Part shown: in pieces, positions 38,454-47,137 of the stretch
Position numbering within the stretch: position 1 is the stretch's first letter
Layout: the number at the start of each line of letters is the position of its first letter
Assembly (NCBI GenBank): GCA_016186625.1
Contig: JACPLG010000008.1
Coordinates: 147,142-211,141 of the forward strand
Reading direction: 5' to 3'
DNA: 64,000 bases
From: Candidatus Levyibacteriota bacterium
GTDB taxonomy: Bacteria > Patescibacteriota > Microgenomatia > Levybacterales > UBA12049
Notes under the pieces: model-generated
Seen by the model: the letters and a program-made list of their open reading frames with translations, nothing else
The model's database searches: none
Told to the model about the DNA's origin: nothing
Program-made: the position numbers and the translations under genes

Positions 38454-38978
38454 ATGAATCCGACTCTAGATATCTTTAGACTTAAATTTGAAAATATTAC
38501 ACATGGAGTTCTAACCTCTGAGGGCGTATTGGAAATAATAAAAAATTTCCTCGAAGAAGTGCCTGACGGGAAATACAGCCTTGTAATAGGGACTGATTCT
38601 CATGAGAAAAACGGATCAGGCTTGAGTAGTAAAAATATAAGTCTTGTTACTGCTATTATTGTACACAGACGAGGATTTGGCGGAAAATATTTCTGGAACA
38701 AAAAACATGTCTCAAATATTCATTCTCTTCGTGAAAAAATATACGCTGAGACTATGACATCTCTTGATTTTGCGGCAAGTTTTGTGCCGCTTCTTAAGAA
38801 AAACCTCAATGGCCACTCGCCTACTTACAATCTTGAAATTCACATTGATGTAGGAGAGCACGGAGACAGCCGAGATATGATAAAAGAAGTTGTTGGGTTA
38901 GTTACCGGAAACGGCTTTGTAGCCAAAACCAAACCTGAAGCGTATGGTGCTTCATATGTTGCAGACAAACACACCTAG
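38454..38978 (+). CDS. YkuK/DUF458-family RNase H-like protein
   Basis: …YSLVIGTDSHEKNG…IIVHRRGFGGKYFW… resembles the YkuK family. Confidence 0.5.
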   Translation: MNPTLDIFRLKFENITHGVLTSEGVLEIIKNFLEEVPDGKYSLVIGTDSHEKNGSGLSSKNISLVTAIIVHRRGFGGKYFWNKKHVSNIHSLREKIYAETMTSLDFAASFVPLLKKNLNGHSPTYNLEIHIDVGEHGDSRDMIKEVVGLVTGNGFVAKTKPEAYGASYVADKHT

Positions 38979-38988
38979 TCATTGGTTT

Positions 38989-39047
38989 GTCATCCTGAAC
39001 GTACGTGAAGGATCTTAAAGATTCTTCGTTTCGCTCAGAATGACAAA
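38989..39047. repeat. Hairpin element family H copy 1 (GTCATCCTGA…GAAGGATCTT…AGATTCTTC…CTCAGAATGACAAAG)
   Basis: Read directly. Second copy at 61878-61950. It overlaps the annotated ATG of the next gene. Confidence 0.45.
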
Positions 39048-39453
39048 GTGGTTTATGAGAACGAGAAAACTGGAGTGGGAGGATGCCCCTGATGTAAAAA
39101 GAGATATTGTAAAAATCGTTGATGCGCTGGACCTCAACCACATTAGGGCCTCAAGAGTCTTTACCTACAGGACGCAAGGAGGAAGGGCACGAGCATATGC
39201 CAGGACTTGGATGATGCCAAAAATTTTTCAACATGCATTAGGAATTGGTCCGGCATATGTTATTGAAGTTTTGACCAGATATTACGACAGACTAAGCGAG
39301 GATGAAAAATCAAAGGTTTTAATTCATGAACTGCTCCACATTCCAAAAAACTTCTCAGGGACTCTTTTATCTCATCGCGGAAGGTCAAGACATATAGGTA
39401 GAGATGCTAACGCCCTTTTTAAAGAATATAAAAGTAAAGTGTCAAATCGATAA
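39040..39453 (+). CDS. DUF45/YgjP-like metal-dependent hydrolase (HExxH…H)
   Basis: VLIHELLHIPKNFSGTLLSHRG resembles the YgjP/SprT-like zincin motif. The true start may be the downstream ATG at 39055. Confidence 0.5.
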   Translation: MTKWFMRTRKLEWEDAPDVKRDIVKIVDALDLNHIRASRVFTYRTQGGRARAYARTWMMPKIFQHALGIGPAYVIEVLTRYYDRLSEDEKSKVLIHELLHIPKNFSGTLLSHRGRSRHIGRDANALFKEYKSKVSNR

Positions 39454-39460
39454 AATTTGA

Positions 39461-40393
39461 ATGCCAAGAGGAAATGCAAAGTTAAGAATCAGCATTGGAG
39501 TCACCTCATTTAATGAGGAACAAAACATCGAAAGACTTATTCATTCTCTTCTTTTTCAAAAATTAAAATCTTCATCCATTTCTGAAATTTTGGTGGTATC
39601 TAGTGGATCAACGGATCAAACAAATAGCATTATAAAAAAAATACATAAAAAGAATCCAAAGGTAAAACTAATTACGCAAAAAAAGCGTCTTGGGAAGGCA
39701 TCAGCTGTGAACTTATTTCTTACTTCTGCAAAAGAAGATGTAGTAATTCTTTCAAGCGCCGATCTTCTAATTCCCTCTGACACGATCGAAAAAATGATAA
39801 AGCCTTTTAAAAGTAAGGATATTGGAATTGTGGGTTCCCGACCTATCCCAGTCAATGATCCGAAAACTTTCTTTGGATTCGCATCTCATCTTATTTGGGA
39901 TCTTCATCACCATATTTCGTTGAACAGCTCTAAAATGGGTGAATTTATTGCCTTTAGAAAAATTTTCAAAAGAATTCCAGTAACTTCAGCAGTGGACGAA
40001 GCAAGTATTGAGGCTTTGATTCGAGGACAAGGATACAAGGCATATTATGTTTCAAATGCAAGAGTTTACAATAAGGGCGCAGAGAATTTAAGAGAATTTA
40101 TTGCAAGAAGAAGACGTATATATGCCGGGCATCTGGAAACCAAGAACAAATACAGCTATAAAGTATCTACTATAAGTAACTCTAAGATATTGTTAGCGCT
40201 TCTTAAAAATTTTAAATTTACAAGAAGATTCATTATTTGGACACCTTTAGTAATAGCTCTTGAAATACTAAGTAGATTTCTTGGTTTAATTGATTATAAA
40301 TTTTATCCTAAGAAACATACTGTATGGAAAATAACGCCAAGCACAAAGACCTTAATAAATAGACAAACTCTAGAAAGAAAAAGATATACGTAA
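39461..40393 (+). CDS. Glycosyltransferase family 2
   Basis: ISIGVTSFNEEQNIERLIHSL…VVSSGSTDQT…, the GT-A DxD region. Confidence 0.7.
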   Translation: MPRGNAKLRISIGVTSFNEEQNIERLIHSLLFQKLKSSSISEILVVSSGSTDQTNSIIKKIHKKNPKVKLITQKKRLGKASAVNLFLTSAKEDVVILSSADLLIPSDTIEKMIKPFKSKDIGIVGSRPIPVNDPKTFFGFASHLIWDLHHHISLNSSKMGEFIAFRKIFKRIPVTSAVDEASIEALIRGQGYKAYYVSNARVYNKGAENLREFIARRRRIYAGHLETKNKYSYKVSTISNSKILLALLKNFKFTRRFIIWTPLVIALEILSRFLGLIDYKFYPKKHTVWKITPSTKTLINRQTLERKRYT

Positions 40394-40397
40394 CAAA

Positions 40398-41003
40398 CTA
40401 CCGTTTTTTAAAGCCGAGATCCTTTTGTTGTTTTTTTACAGTTAATTTTACTTCTATCTCTTCAAATCCTCCAAACCAATATGACCATAATCTTTCACAT
40501 AACTCTTGAGAAGTTCTATTTAGATTTGCGATGTAGGTTAATGTTGTACTTATGAGTCTTGGAATTCGAGAATTATTATCTGTGGTAACATAATTTAGCT
40601 TGATCTCGTCCAGGGCAAAATTTGACGTGGTATAAAAAGACCATTTAGAATCTTGCGAAAAATAATCAGTAAACATCCGAATACTTAGACCCCGCTTGTG
40701 AGTAGGATCAATCCATACAGTACTGTTGCAGGAACAATGAGGACCACGGATATATACTTTACAATTGTTCTTCCCAATTCTATATATCTCATTCATAACT
40801 TTTATGAGGTCGTCAACATGTTCTAAGATGTGATAGCAGTAGATCTTGTCATATGTATTAGTTTTTATGGGATATGGAAATTTATTTGCGTCATGGACAA
40901 TTTGTACTGTTGGAAGGGGTAAAACATCCATTCCGTCGGCGTTTGGGATCTTACTAAGTCCGCAACCTATATCTAGCGCCTTTATTTTTCTCATTAAAAT
41001 CAA
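40398..41003 (-). CDS. Class I SAM-dependent methyltransferase
   Basis: ALDIGCGLSKIPNADGMDV (motif I) and YDKIYCYHILEHV (Methyltransf_11-like). Confidence 0.65.
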   Translation of the reverse strand: MILMRKIKALDIGCGLSKIPNADGMDVLPLPTVQIVHDANKFPYPIKTNTYDKIYCYHILEHVDDLIKVMNEIYRIGKNNCKVYIRGPHCSCNSTVWIDPTHKRGLSIRMFTDYFSQDSKWSFYTTSNFALDEIKLNYVTTDNNSRIPRLISTTLTYIANLNRTSQELCERLWSYWFGGFEEIEVKLTVKKQQKDLGFKKR

Positions 41004-41044
41004 TATAGTATAACAAAAAAATAACTGTAGTTTTCAAAAAATCA

Positions 41045-41986
41045 ATGATTAAAAGAACTTTCAAAAAAGTAGGAGTAGTAATTGTTACATACAATTCAGA
41101 GAAATACATTAGGATGTGTTTGAAGTCAATACAAAGCAACTCCTATCCTAATTTTGAAACACTTGCTGTTGATAATTCCTCACAAGACAAAACAGCGCAG
41201 GTAATTAAAAAAGGATTTAAGAAGGTTGGATTTATTGAAAATAAAAAAAATTTGGGTTTTTCGGCAGCTAATAACATAGGAATAAAATATCTTCTTAATA
41301 AGAAATGTGACTATATTCTTCTTATTAATCCCGACACAGTCTCATCCCCCACTTTGATTGAAAAGCTTGTAAATTCATTTGAAATAAATAAAAAAATAGC
41401 AGTTGCGGGTTGTATCATAACCTATGCGAAAGATCGTAAAAAAATCTGGTTTGGAGGAGGGTATTTCAATAATTTTTTTTGTTATTCAAGACATAAATAC
41501 ATGAATAAGTCTCTTAAAAATGTTGAGATTAAATCAGGATACGTTGATTTTATAACCGGTGCATGCATGATGATAGACTCAAAGATATTTAAAAAAATGG
41601 GATTTTTGCCGGAAGATTATTTTTTATATTTTGAAGACTTATTTTTTTGTCAAAAAATAAAAGAGAAAGGATTTTTGTGCTATCTCTTAGCTCTTCCTCT
41701 TGCCTATCATTATGTTTCTACCTCAACAGGAGTAGCCCAAACAAATATTATGAGTCCACTTCGCGCTTACTTTTTTGCTCGAAATCCAATAATTTATATT
41801 AAAAAAAATGTAAAAGGATTCCGAAAAATTACAAATTTAGCCGGACAATTTTTGATCAGACTCCCCTTTTATGCATTCAAAATTATTTTTCAAAAAGAAA
41901 AAACCAGACCTTTTTTTTACTACTGTAGGGGAATTTTTGATGGGATACTTGGTAAATCTCCTAATCCAGTCCTAAATAATCGTTGA
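41045..41986 (+). CDS. Glycosyltransferase family 2
   Basis: VGVVIVTYNSEKYIRMCLKSI…LAVDNSSQDKT…FSAANNIG. Confidence 0.7.
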   Translation: MIKRTFKKVGVVIVTYNSEKYIRMCLKSIQSNSYPNFETLAVDNSSQDKTAQVIKKGFKKVGFIENKKNLGFSAANNIGIKYLLNKKCDYILLINPDTVSSPTLIEKLVNSFEINKKIAVAGCIITYAKDRKKIWFGGGYFNNFFCYSRHKYMNKSLKNVEIKSGYVDFITGACMMIDSKIFKKMGFLPEDYFLYFEDLFFCQKIKEKGFLCYLLALPLAYHYVSTSTGVAQTNIMSPLRAYFFARNPIIYIKKNVKGFRKITNLAGQFLIRLPFYAFKIIFQKEKTRPFFYYCRGIFDGILGKSPNPVLNNR

Positions 41987-43947
41987 TATTCAAATTTAAG
42001 ATCGTTAATTTCTTTCTGAGACGCTCCGCACTTTGAATATACCATCATAAGTATAGAATAAAATCGTCTGTTAATGGGATTTAACTTAATTCCCTTTTTG
42101 ATATTATCAATTGAACTTTCACAGTCATTTTCGAGGTTTAAATTGAGAACTCCGAGCTTTATATAAGCTGTTGAATATGAATTATCAGTTTTGACTGCTT
42201 CTCTAAAAAAGTTTATCGCTAAATTCGGATCTTGATAGTAATCATTAAGAATTGTGCCTACACTGGTAAAACCGAAAGAGTATGTTCTAGTGATACTGGG
42301 AGTAATCAAGTTTTGCTCTGAAGGAAGAAGGGTCTCTCTTTGCGAAATATGGAGTTTTTCTATATTTTCACCAACTGAGGTAATGTACTCATCTTTTTGA
42401 GGGATGTTCTTTTTATCAATAACCTCATAATAAATCCCTCTTGGAATAAAAAATAGATTGGTATCATAAGTTTCAAAAAAGAATGTTGAAAAGAAGCGTT
42501 GTTTTTTAATTATTTCCGGAAGTTTTATCTTTAGTGCGTCTTCTTGGGTAAATTTAGTATCAAGATTTTTTTCAAGAAATTCCTGATATAACTTTTTTTG
42601 AAAATAGTCGTTCCCTGCTCCTTTATTGTTGACTATTGTGACGTCAGGCCGAAAACCTAATACGAAGTGTACATACCAGCTGTTAAAAGTGTTTGAATCC
42701 GCATGAAGTAGTATTATCGCGTCTTGAGGAAGTGCGGATAAAAGATCAAGCCCCAGGTTATTTCCAATATTTGTTTTTGATAAATTGTTTTTTTCAAAAT
42801 TGTAAAAAAGCATTTGAGCGGGAACAATCAAAAAAACCATGAGAAAAATAGTTGGATCAATTTTTTTTGGTACTAATCGCTTGGTAATATTTCGAACAAA
42901 TAAAAATCCGTATGGTAAAAAAAATAAAAAAACTACAAATGACTCCATGTAAAATCTTTCAATAACCCCAAGCGAATCTGCATCAACAATTGGAGGTACA
43001 ATATAAAATATAAAGATCGGTCCTGAAACCAAAACAGCTGAAATCAGACTAATAAACTTTAATTTGTTGTCATTAATTAGGTAGAAAATTCCTCCGATGC
43101 AGATTAGTACAATTAAAATTGAATAATTGCTAAGAATTGAAGTGAAGTAAAAATCGAGTATTGGCAGCCTTTCAGAAATAGTTAAAACGCCTTTGGTAAA
43201 AGTCACATAATCCCCTCTTGTAACTAAATGAATAAAGTTTTGAAGATTTGAAGCATTATCCCAGTTAACAACCGGGTTTCTTGAAGCCGCAACCGGCACA
43301 TAAATGTACGGAGTAAGACCTAATATAAAGAAAAGAAATGACTTTAAAATTACTCTAAATTCTTTAATTAATTTTTTAAGAGATGGCAGAAAGAGGAGGA
43401 AAAGGGAGGGGAAAATTAAAATTATCTGATGCTGGTTTGTTACAGATAAACCTATCAAAAAAGATGAAATATATAGAAACTTTTTTTGCTTTGTTTCATA
43501 AAATCTTATAGCAAAATAAAAAAGTGCAGTTATAAAGAAATTGTTAAGAGCAAAAACTTCCGGGATTTCCGCAAAAAACCAAAACATATAAGAAAACGCA
43601 AGAATTGAGGTTGACAATAGGGCAATAAAAAAACTCTTAGTTTCCCTTTTGCAAAATTTATAGAAGAAAATAAGCGCTAGAAGTGATGATATTACTGATA
43701 TTAGAGCCACTTTACTTACCGGAGGAATCATTAACGGAAGGTGTGACAGAATAAATCCGGAAAAAGAAAATAGCGGGTATCCGGGAGGGTGTGGGACTCC
43801 AAATACAAAAGAAGCAGTTACAAGGTCACCTATATCCCCACTATAAATGTCTCTTGTAACATTGTTGAGATATACTAATGATGTAAAAATAAAAAAGGAG
43901 ACGAGAATTATTTTTTTCAGCAAGATTTGATTAACTCTGCCCATCAA
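41920..43947 (-). CDS. Large polytopic membrane protein with C-terminal TPR repeats (DUF2723/GT-C-like putative glycosyltransferase)
   Basis: About 12 TM helices at the N-terminus. C-terminal TPR-like repeats (…YSTAYIKLGVLNLNLENDCESSIDNIKKGIKLNP…). Confidence 0.45.
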   Translation of the reverse strand: MMGRVNQILLKKIILVSFFIFTSLVYLNNVTRDIYSGDIGDLVTASFVFGVPHPPGYPLFSFSGFILSHLPLMIPPVSKVALISVISSLLALIFFYKFCKRETKSFFIALLSTSILAFSYMFWFFAEIPEVFALNNFFITALFYFAIRFYETKQKKFLYISSFLIGLSVTNQHQIILIFPSLFLLFLPSLKKLIKEFRVILKSFLFFILGLTPYIYVPVAASRNPVVNWDNASNLQNFIHLVTRGDYVTFTKGVLTISERLPILDFYFTSILSNYSILIVLICIGGIFYLINDNKLKFISLISAVLVSGPIFIFYIVPPIVDADSLGVIERFYMESFVVFLFFLPYGFLFVRNITKRLVPKKIDPTIFLMVFLIVPAQMLFYNFEKNNLSKTNIGNNLGLDLLSALPQDAIILLHADSNTFNSWYVHFVLGFRPDVTIVNNKGAGNDYFQKKLYQEFLEKNLDTKFTQEDALKIKLPEIIKKQRFFSTFFFETYDTNLFFIPRGIYYEVIDKKNIPQKDEYITSVGENIEKLHISQRETLLPSEQNLITPSITRTYSFGFTSVGTILNDYYQDPNLAINFFREAVKTDNSYSTAYIKLGVLNLNLENDCESSIDNIKKGIKLNPINRRFYSILMMVYSKCGASQKEINDLKFEYQRLFRTGLGDLPSIPSKIPLQ

Positions 43948-43984
43948 TTTCTATAATACCTACTTGGAGTGGTAAAATACAATT

Positions 43985-44662
43985 ATGGTAACAGTTGTTC
44001 ACGGTTCTGATCAGATCTCATCAAGAAACTTTTTTTTAGAACAAAAAGATAAAGATTCATTAACATTTGATGCTGAAAATATTAATGTAGTGGATCTTGA
44101 GCAGTCTCTTCAAGGGGGAGGATTATTTGGTGCAACGACTAAAGTTTTTATTGAAAACCTATTTACCAAAAAAGGTCTCAAAAGCCTAGAAGATGTCGCT
44201 GAAGTTATCAATAAATCGAAAAATGCTGACATTTACCTTTGGGCCGATAGAGAGCAGGGAGTGAAAAATCTTTCTGCTTTTCCTAAATACCTGAACCAAA
44301 ACTTCAAAATTCCCCAAAATATCTGGCTTTTCCTTGATGGGATAAGACCTCATAATCCAGATAATGTTTTGCATTTTCATGAAACAATTTTAACGACCGA
44401 GCCTGAGATTGTTTTTGCAATGGTTATAAGACAATTCCGACTGATGTTGGGCCTGATGGAAAATTCAGACAATACAATTGATGAAGTAAAAAGACTTGCA
44501 CCGTGGCAAAGAGGAAAACTTACAAGGCAAGCTTCTATCTTTGGTTTGGAAAAACTTAAAAAAACATACAAAAAACTCTATAAAATTGACAAGTCTCAAA
44601 AAACCGGAACATCCAAATTAAGTCTTACCCAGAATATTGACATTCTGATGCTTGAAATATAA
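43985..44662 (+). CDS. Possible DNA polymerase III delta subunit (HolA-like, short)
   Basis: N-terminal pattern VVHGSD…SLQGGGLFGATTKVFIENL resembles the HolA N-domain. Weak. Confidence 0.35.
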   Translation: MVTVVHGSDQISSRNFFLEQKDKDSLTFDAENINVVDLEQSLQGGGLFGATTKVFIENLFTKKGLKSLEDVAEVINKSKNADIYLWADREQGVKNLSAFPKYLNQNFKIPQNIWLFLDGIRPHNPDNVLHFHETILTTEPEIVFAMVIRQFRLMLGLMENSDNTIDEVKRLAPWQRGKLTRQASIFGLEKLKKTYKKLYKIDKSQKTGTSKLSLTQNIDILMLEI

Positions 44663-44671
44663 GATACTTTT

Positions 44672-46066
44672 ATGCCGAAGCTAAAACGAACAATGTTTCG
44701 GGAGTATGATCTCCGCGGAAAGGAATCTGATGACGAGTTAAATGACTCGTCAATGTATTTTATCGGCAGGGGTTTTGGTACATTTCTTCGAAAAAGAAAT
44801 ATTGACACCGCAATCGTTGGCCACGATGCAAGAGGTACTTCAGAAAGCTTTCATGCAAATGCAATAAAGGGATTAACGCAGTGTGGAATTGATGTAATTG
44901 ATATTGGAACAGTAACAACCCCTATGGGGTATTGGGCACAATATTTTTTAAAAGTGAAAGGACTAGTAACCGTTACCGCATCTCACAATCCTGTTGGATG
45001 GAATGGTGTAAAACTTGGATCAGACCTTTCCTATACGCTTCTTACAGATGAACTTGTGGAAGTTTACAATACTATTGAAAAAGAAGAGTTTGAAAATGGC
45101 AATGGTACTGTTACAAAAAAAGAGATACTTGAAGACTACATAAAAGACCTTTTGTCTCGTGCGAAAATCACAAAAAAATTCAGGATTTTGGTAAATACGG
45201 GCAATGGCACTGCTGGGATTCTAATGCCAGAGCTTTTGAGAAGAGCGGGATGTGATGTTGTTGAGCATTTTACGAACATTGATCCCACTTATCCTAACTA
45301 CACTGCAAATCCTGACGGAACGGCCATGATGGAAGACACAGGTAAGCAAACTGTTGCTAATAAATGCGATTTAGGTATGGCATTTGATGGGGATTGTGAT
45401 AGGCTTGGCTTAACAGATGAGAAAGGAAATACTATTTGGCCTGATAGATATATAATACTGCTATCTCGATTAGTTCTATCTAAAAAACCTGGGGCAAAAA
45501 TTGTTTTTGACGTTAAAGTCTCAGAAGCGCTGCCAGAAGATATTAAAGCTCATGGGGGCGTACCAATTATGTGGAAAACAGGACATTCTTATATAAAGTC
45601 AAAGCTTGCTGAAGAAAAAGCAGCTATGGCAGGAGAAATGTCAGGACACATATTTTTTGTTGAAGATTTCTATGGATTTGATGATGGGGCATTTGCAGCA
45701 CTAAAAATGCTTGAATATCTTTCTACTCAAGATAAACCACTGTCTGAAATAGTTGCCGGGACACCCTATTATGTTTCAACACCAACGATTCAAGTAAAGG
45801 CTACGGATGAAGACAAATATAAAATTGTTGAAGATCTTACAAAAGAGTTTAAAGACGACGGGTATAAAGTAGTCGACATTAATGGAGCCAGAGTGTATTT
45901 TGGCGACGGATGGGGTTTGGTTCGTGCTTCTTCCAATACTCCGACACTTGTTTTAAGATTTGAATCAAAAACACAGGAAGGCTTAGACAGAATTCAAAAA
46001 TTGTTTAAAGAAAAACTTGATAAATTTGACGTAGTTAGTAAAGATTGGGATACTTCAGGTCACTGA
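44672..46066 (+). CDS. Phosphohexomutase (phosphomannomutase/phosphoglucomutase family)
   Basis: Active-site TASHNP (VTASHNPVGWNGVK), metal-binding DGDCDR and sugar-binding GEMSGH loops. Confidence 0.85.
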   Translation: MPKLKRTMFREYDLRGKESDDELNDSSMYFIGRGFGTFLRKRNIDTAIVGHDARGTSESFHANAIKGLTQCGIDVIDIGTVTTPMGYWAQYFLKVKGLVTVTASHNPVGWNGVKLGSDLSYTLLTDELVEVYNTIEKEEFENGNGTVTKKEILEDYIKDLLSRAKITKKFRILVNTGNGTAGILMPELLRRAGCDVVEHFTNIDPTYPNYTANPDGTAMMEDTGKQTVANKCDLGMAFDGDCDRLGLTDEKGNTIWPDRYIILLSRLVLSKKPGAKIVFDVKVSEALPEDIKAHGGVPIMWKTGHSYIKSKLAEEKAAMAGEMSGHIFFVEDFYGFDDGAFAALKMLEYLSTQDKPLSEIVAGTPYYVSTPTIQVKATDEDKYKIVEDLTKEFKDDGYKVVDINGARVYFGDGWGLVRASSNTPTLVLRFESKTQEGLDRIQKLFKEKLDKFDVVSKDWDTSGH

Positions 46067-46067
46067 T

Positions 46068-47111
46068 ATGATTGATTTAAATAACCCAAAAACTTTCAAA
46101 CATTTGGATCCAAAAGATGTTTTTGGTTCAACTGGTTTGCTTGCAGATCAAGTCAAACAAGTAGTATCGGATTTCAAATCTATAAATGCGCCCGAAGATT
46201 ATAAAAAAATTGACAACATTGTTATTTCAGGAATGGGAGGATCTGCATATGGCGGACATGTTGCTTCCTCTCTTCTCAAAGACCAGCTTTCAGTCCCTCT
46301 TTACGTAAATAATAATTACACGCTCCCTGAGTTTGTTAACGAACAAAGTTTGGTCATCTTAATCAGTTATTCAGGCTCAACAGAAGAAACATTAGCGTCA
46401 GTAGAAGATGCAAAAAATAGAGGAGCTAAGATTTCAGGACTCACAAGCGGTGGGAAACTCGCAGAGTCGTTAAAGGAATACTCCAGTTTTTACTATATTT
46501 TTGATCCCAAAAATAACCCTTCAGGCCAACCCAGACTTGGAACTGGGTACACTGTTTTTGGAACACTCTCAATAATAAATAAGCTTGGATTTTGTTCGGA
46601 TATTAATGAACAAGTAAATGAAGGAATTATAGAACTTGAAAATAATTCTGAAAATATTAAAAAAAAGTCTATTTCGCTTGCCAAAAAAATTCAGGGAAAC
46701 ATTCCGGTTATTTTTACCGCAGATTTTCTAGAAGGAAACTCCCATATCATTAGAAATCAATTTAACGAAACTAGCAAATCTTTCTCAAGCTTCTCCCCTG
46801 TTCCAGAGCTAAACCACCATTTGATGGAAGGACTTAAATATCCAAATGATAAGAAATTAACAATCCTCTTTCTCGACTCAGATTTGTACCCTCCCATAAT
46901 AAGGAAACGAATTAGACTTACTCAAGATGTTGTTTCGAAAAATAATATCCCTTTCGAAACCTATTCACCTTCCGGTAGCTCAAAACTTTCTCAAGTACTT
47001 GATGTTTTGTCGCTCGGAGGATATCTCACGTTTTATCTTGGAATTTTATATAACGAAGATCCAAGTTTAATTCCTTGGGTAGATTACTTCAAAGCGGAGC
47101 TTGCGAAATAA
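46068..47111 (+). CDS. Bifunctional phosphoglucose/phosphomannose isomerase (SIS-domain, archaeal type)
   Basis: SGMGGSAYGGHVASSLL SIS motif. Two SIS sub-domains. Confidence 0.7.
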   Translation: MIDLNNPKTFKHLDPKDVFGSTGLLADQVKQVVSDFKSINAPEDYKKIDNIVISGMGGSAYGGHVASSLLKDQLSVPLYVNNNYTLPEFVNEQSLVILISYSGSTEETLASVEDAKNRGAKISGLTSGGKLAESLKEYSSFYYIFDPKNNPSGQPRLGTGYTVFGTLSIINKLGFCSDINEQVNEGIIELENNSENIKKKSISLAKKIQGNIPVIFTADFLEGNSHIIRNQFNETSKSFSSFSPVPELNHHLMEGLKYPNDKKLTILFLDSDLYPPIIRKRIRLTQDVVSKNNIPFETYSPSGSSKLSQVLDVLSLGGYLTFYLGILYNEDPSLIPWVDYFKAELAK

Positions 47112-47137
47112 GTTCATACCTCACTATAATATAGGCA

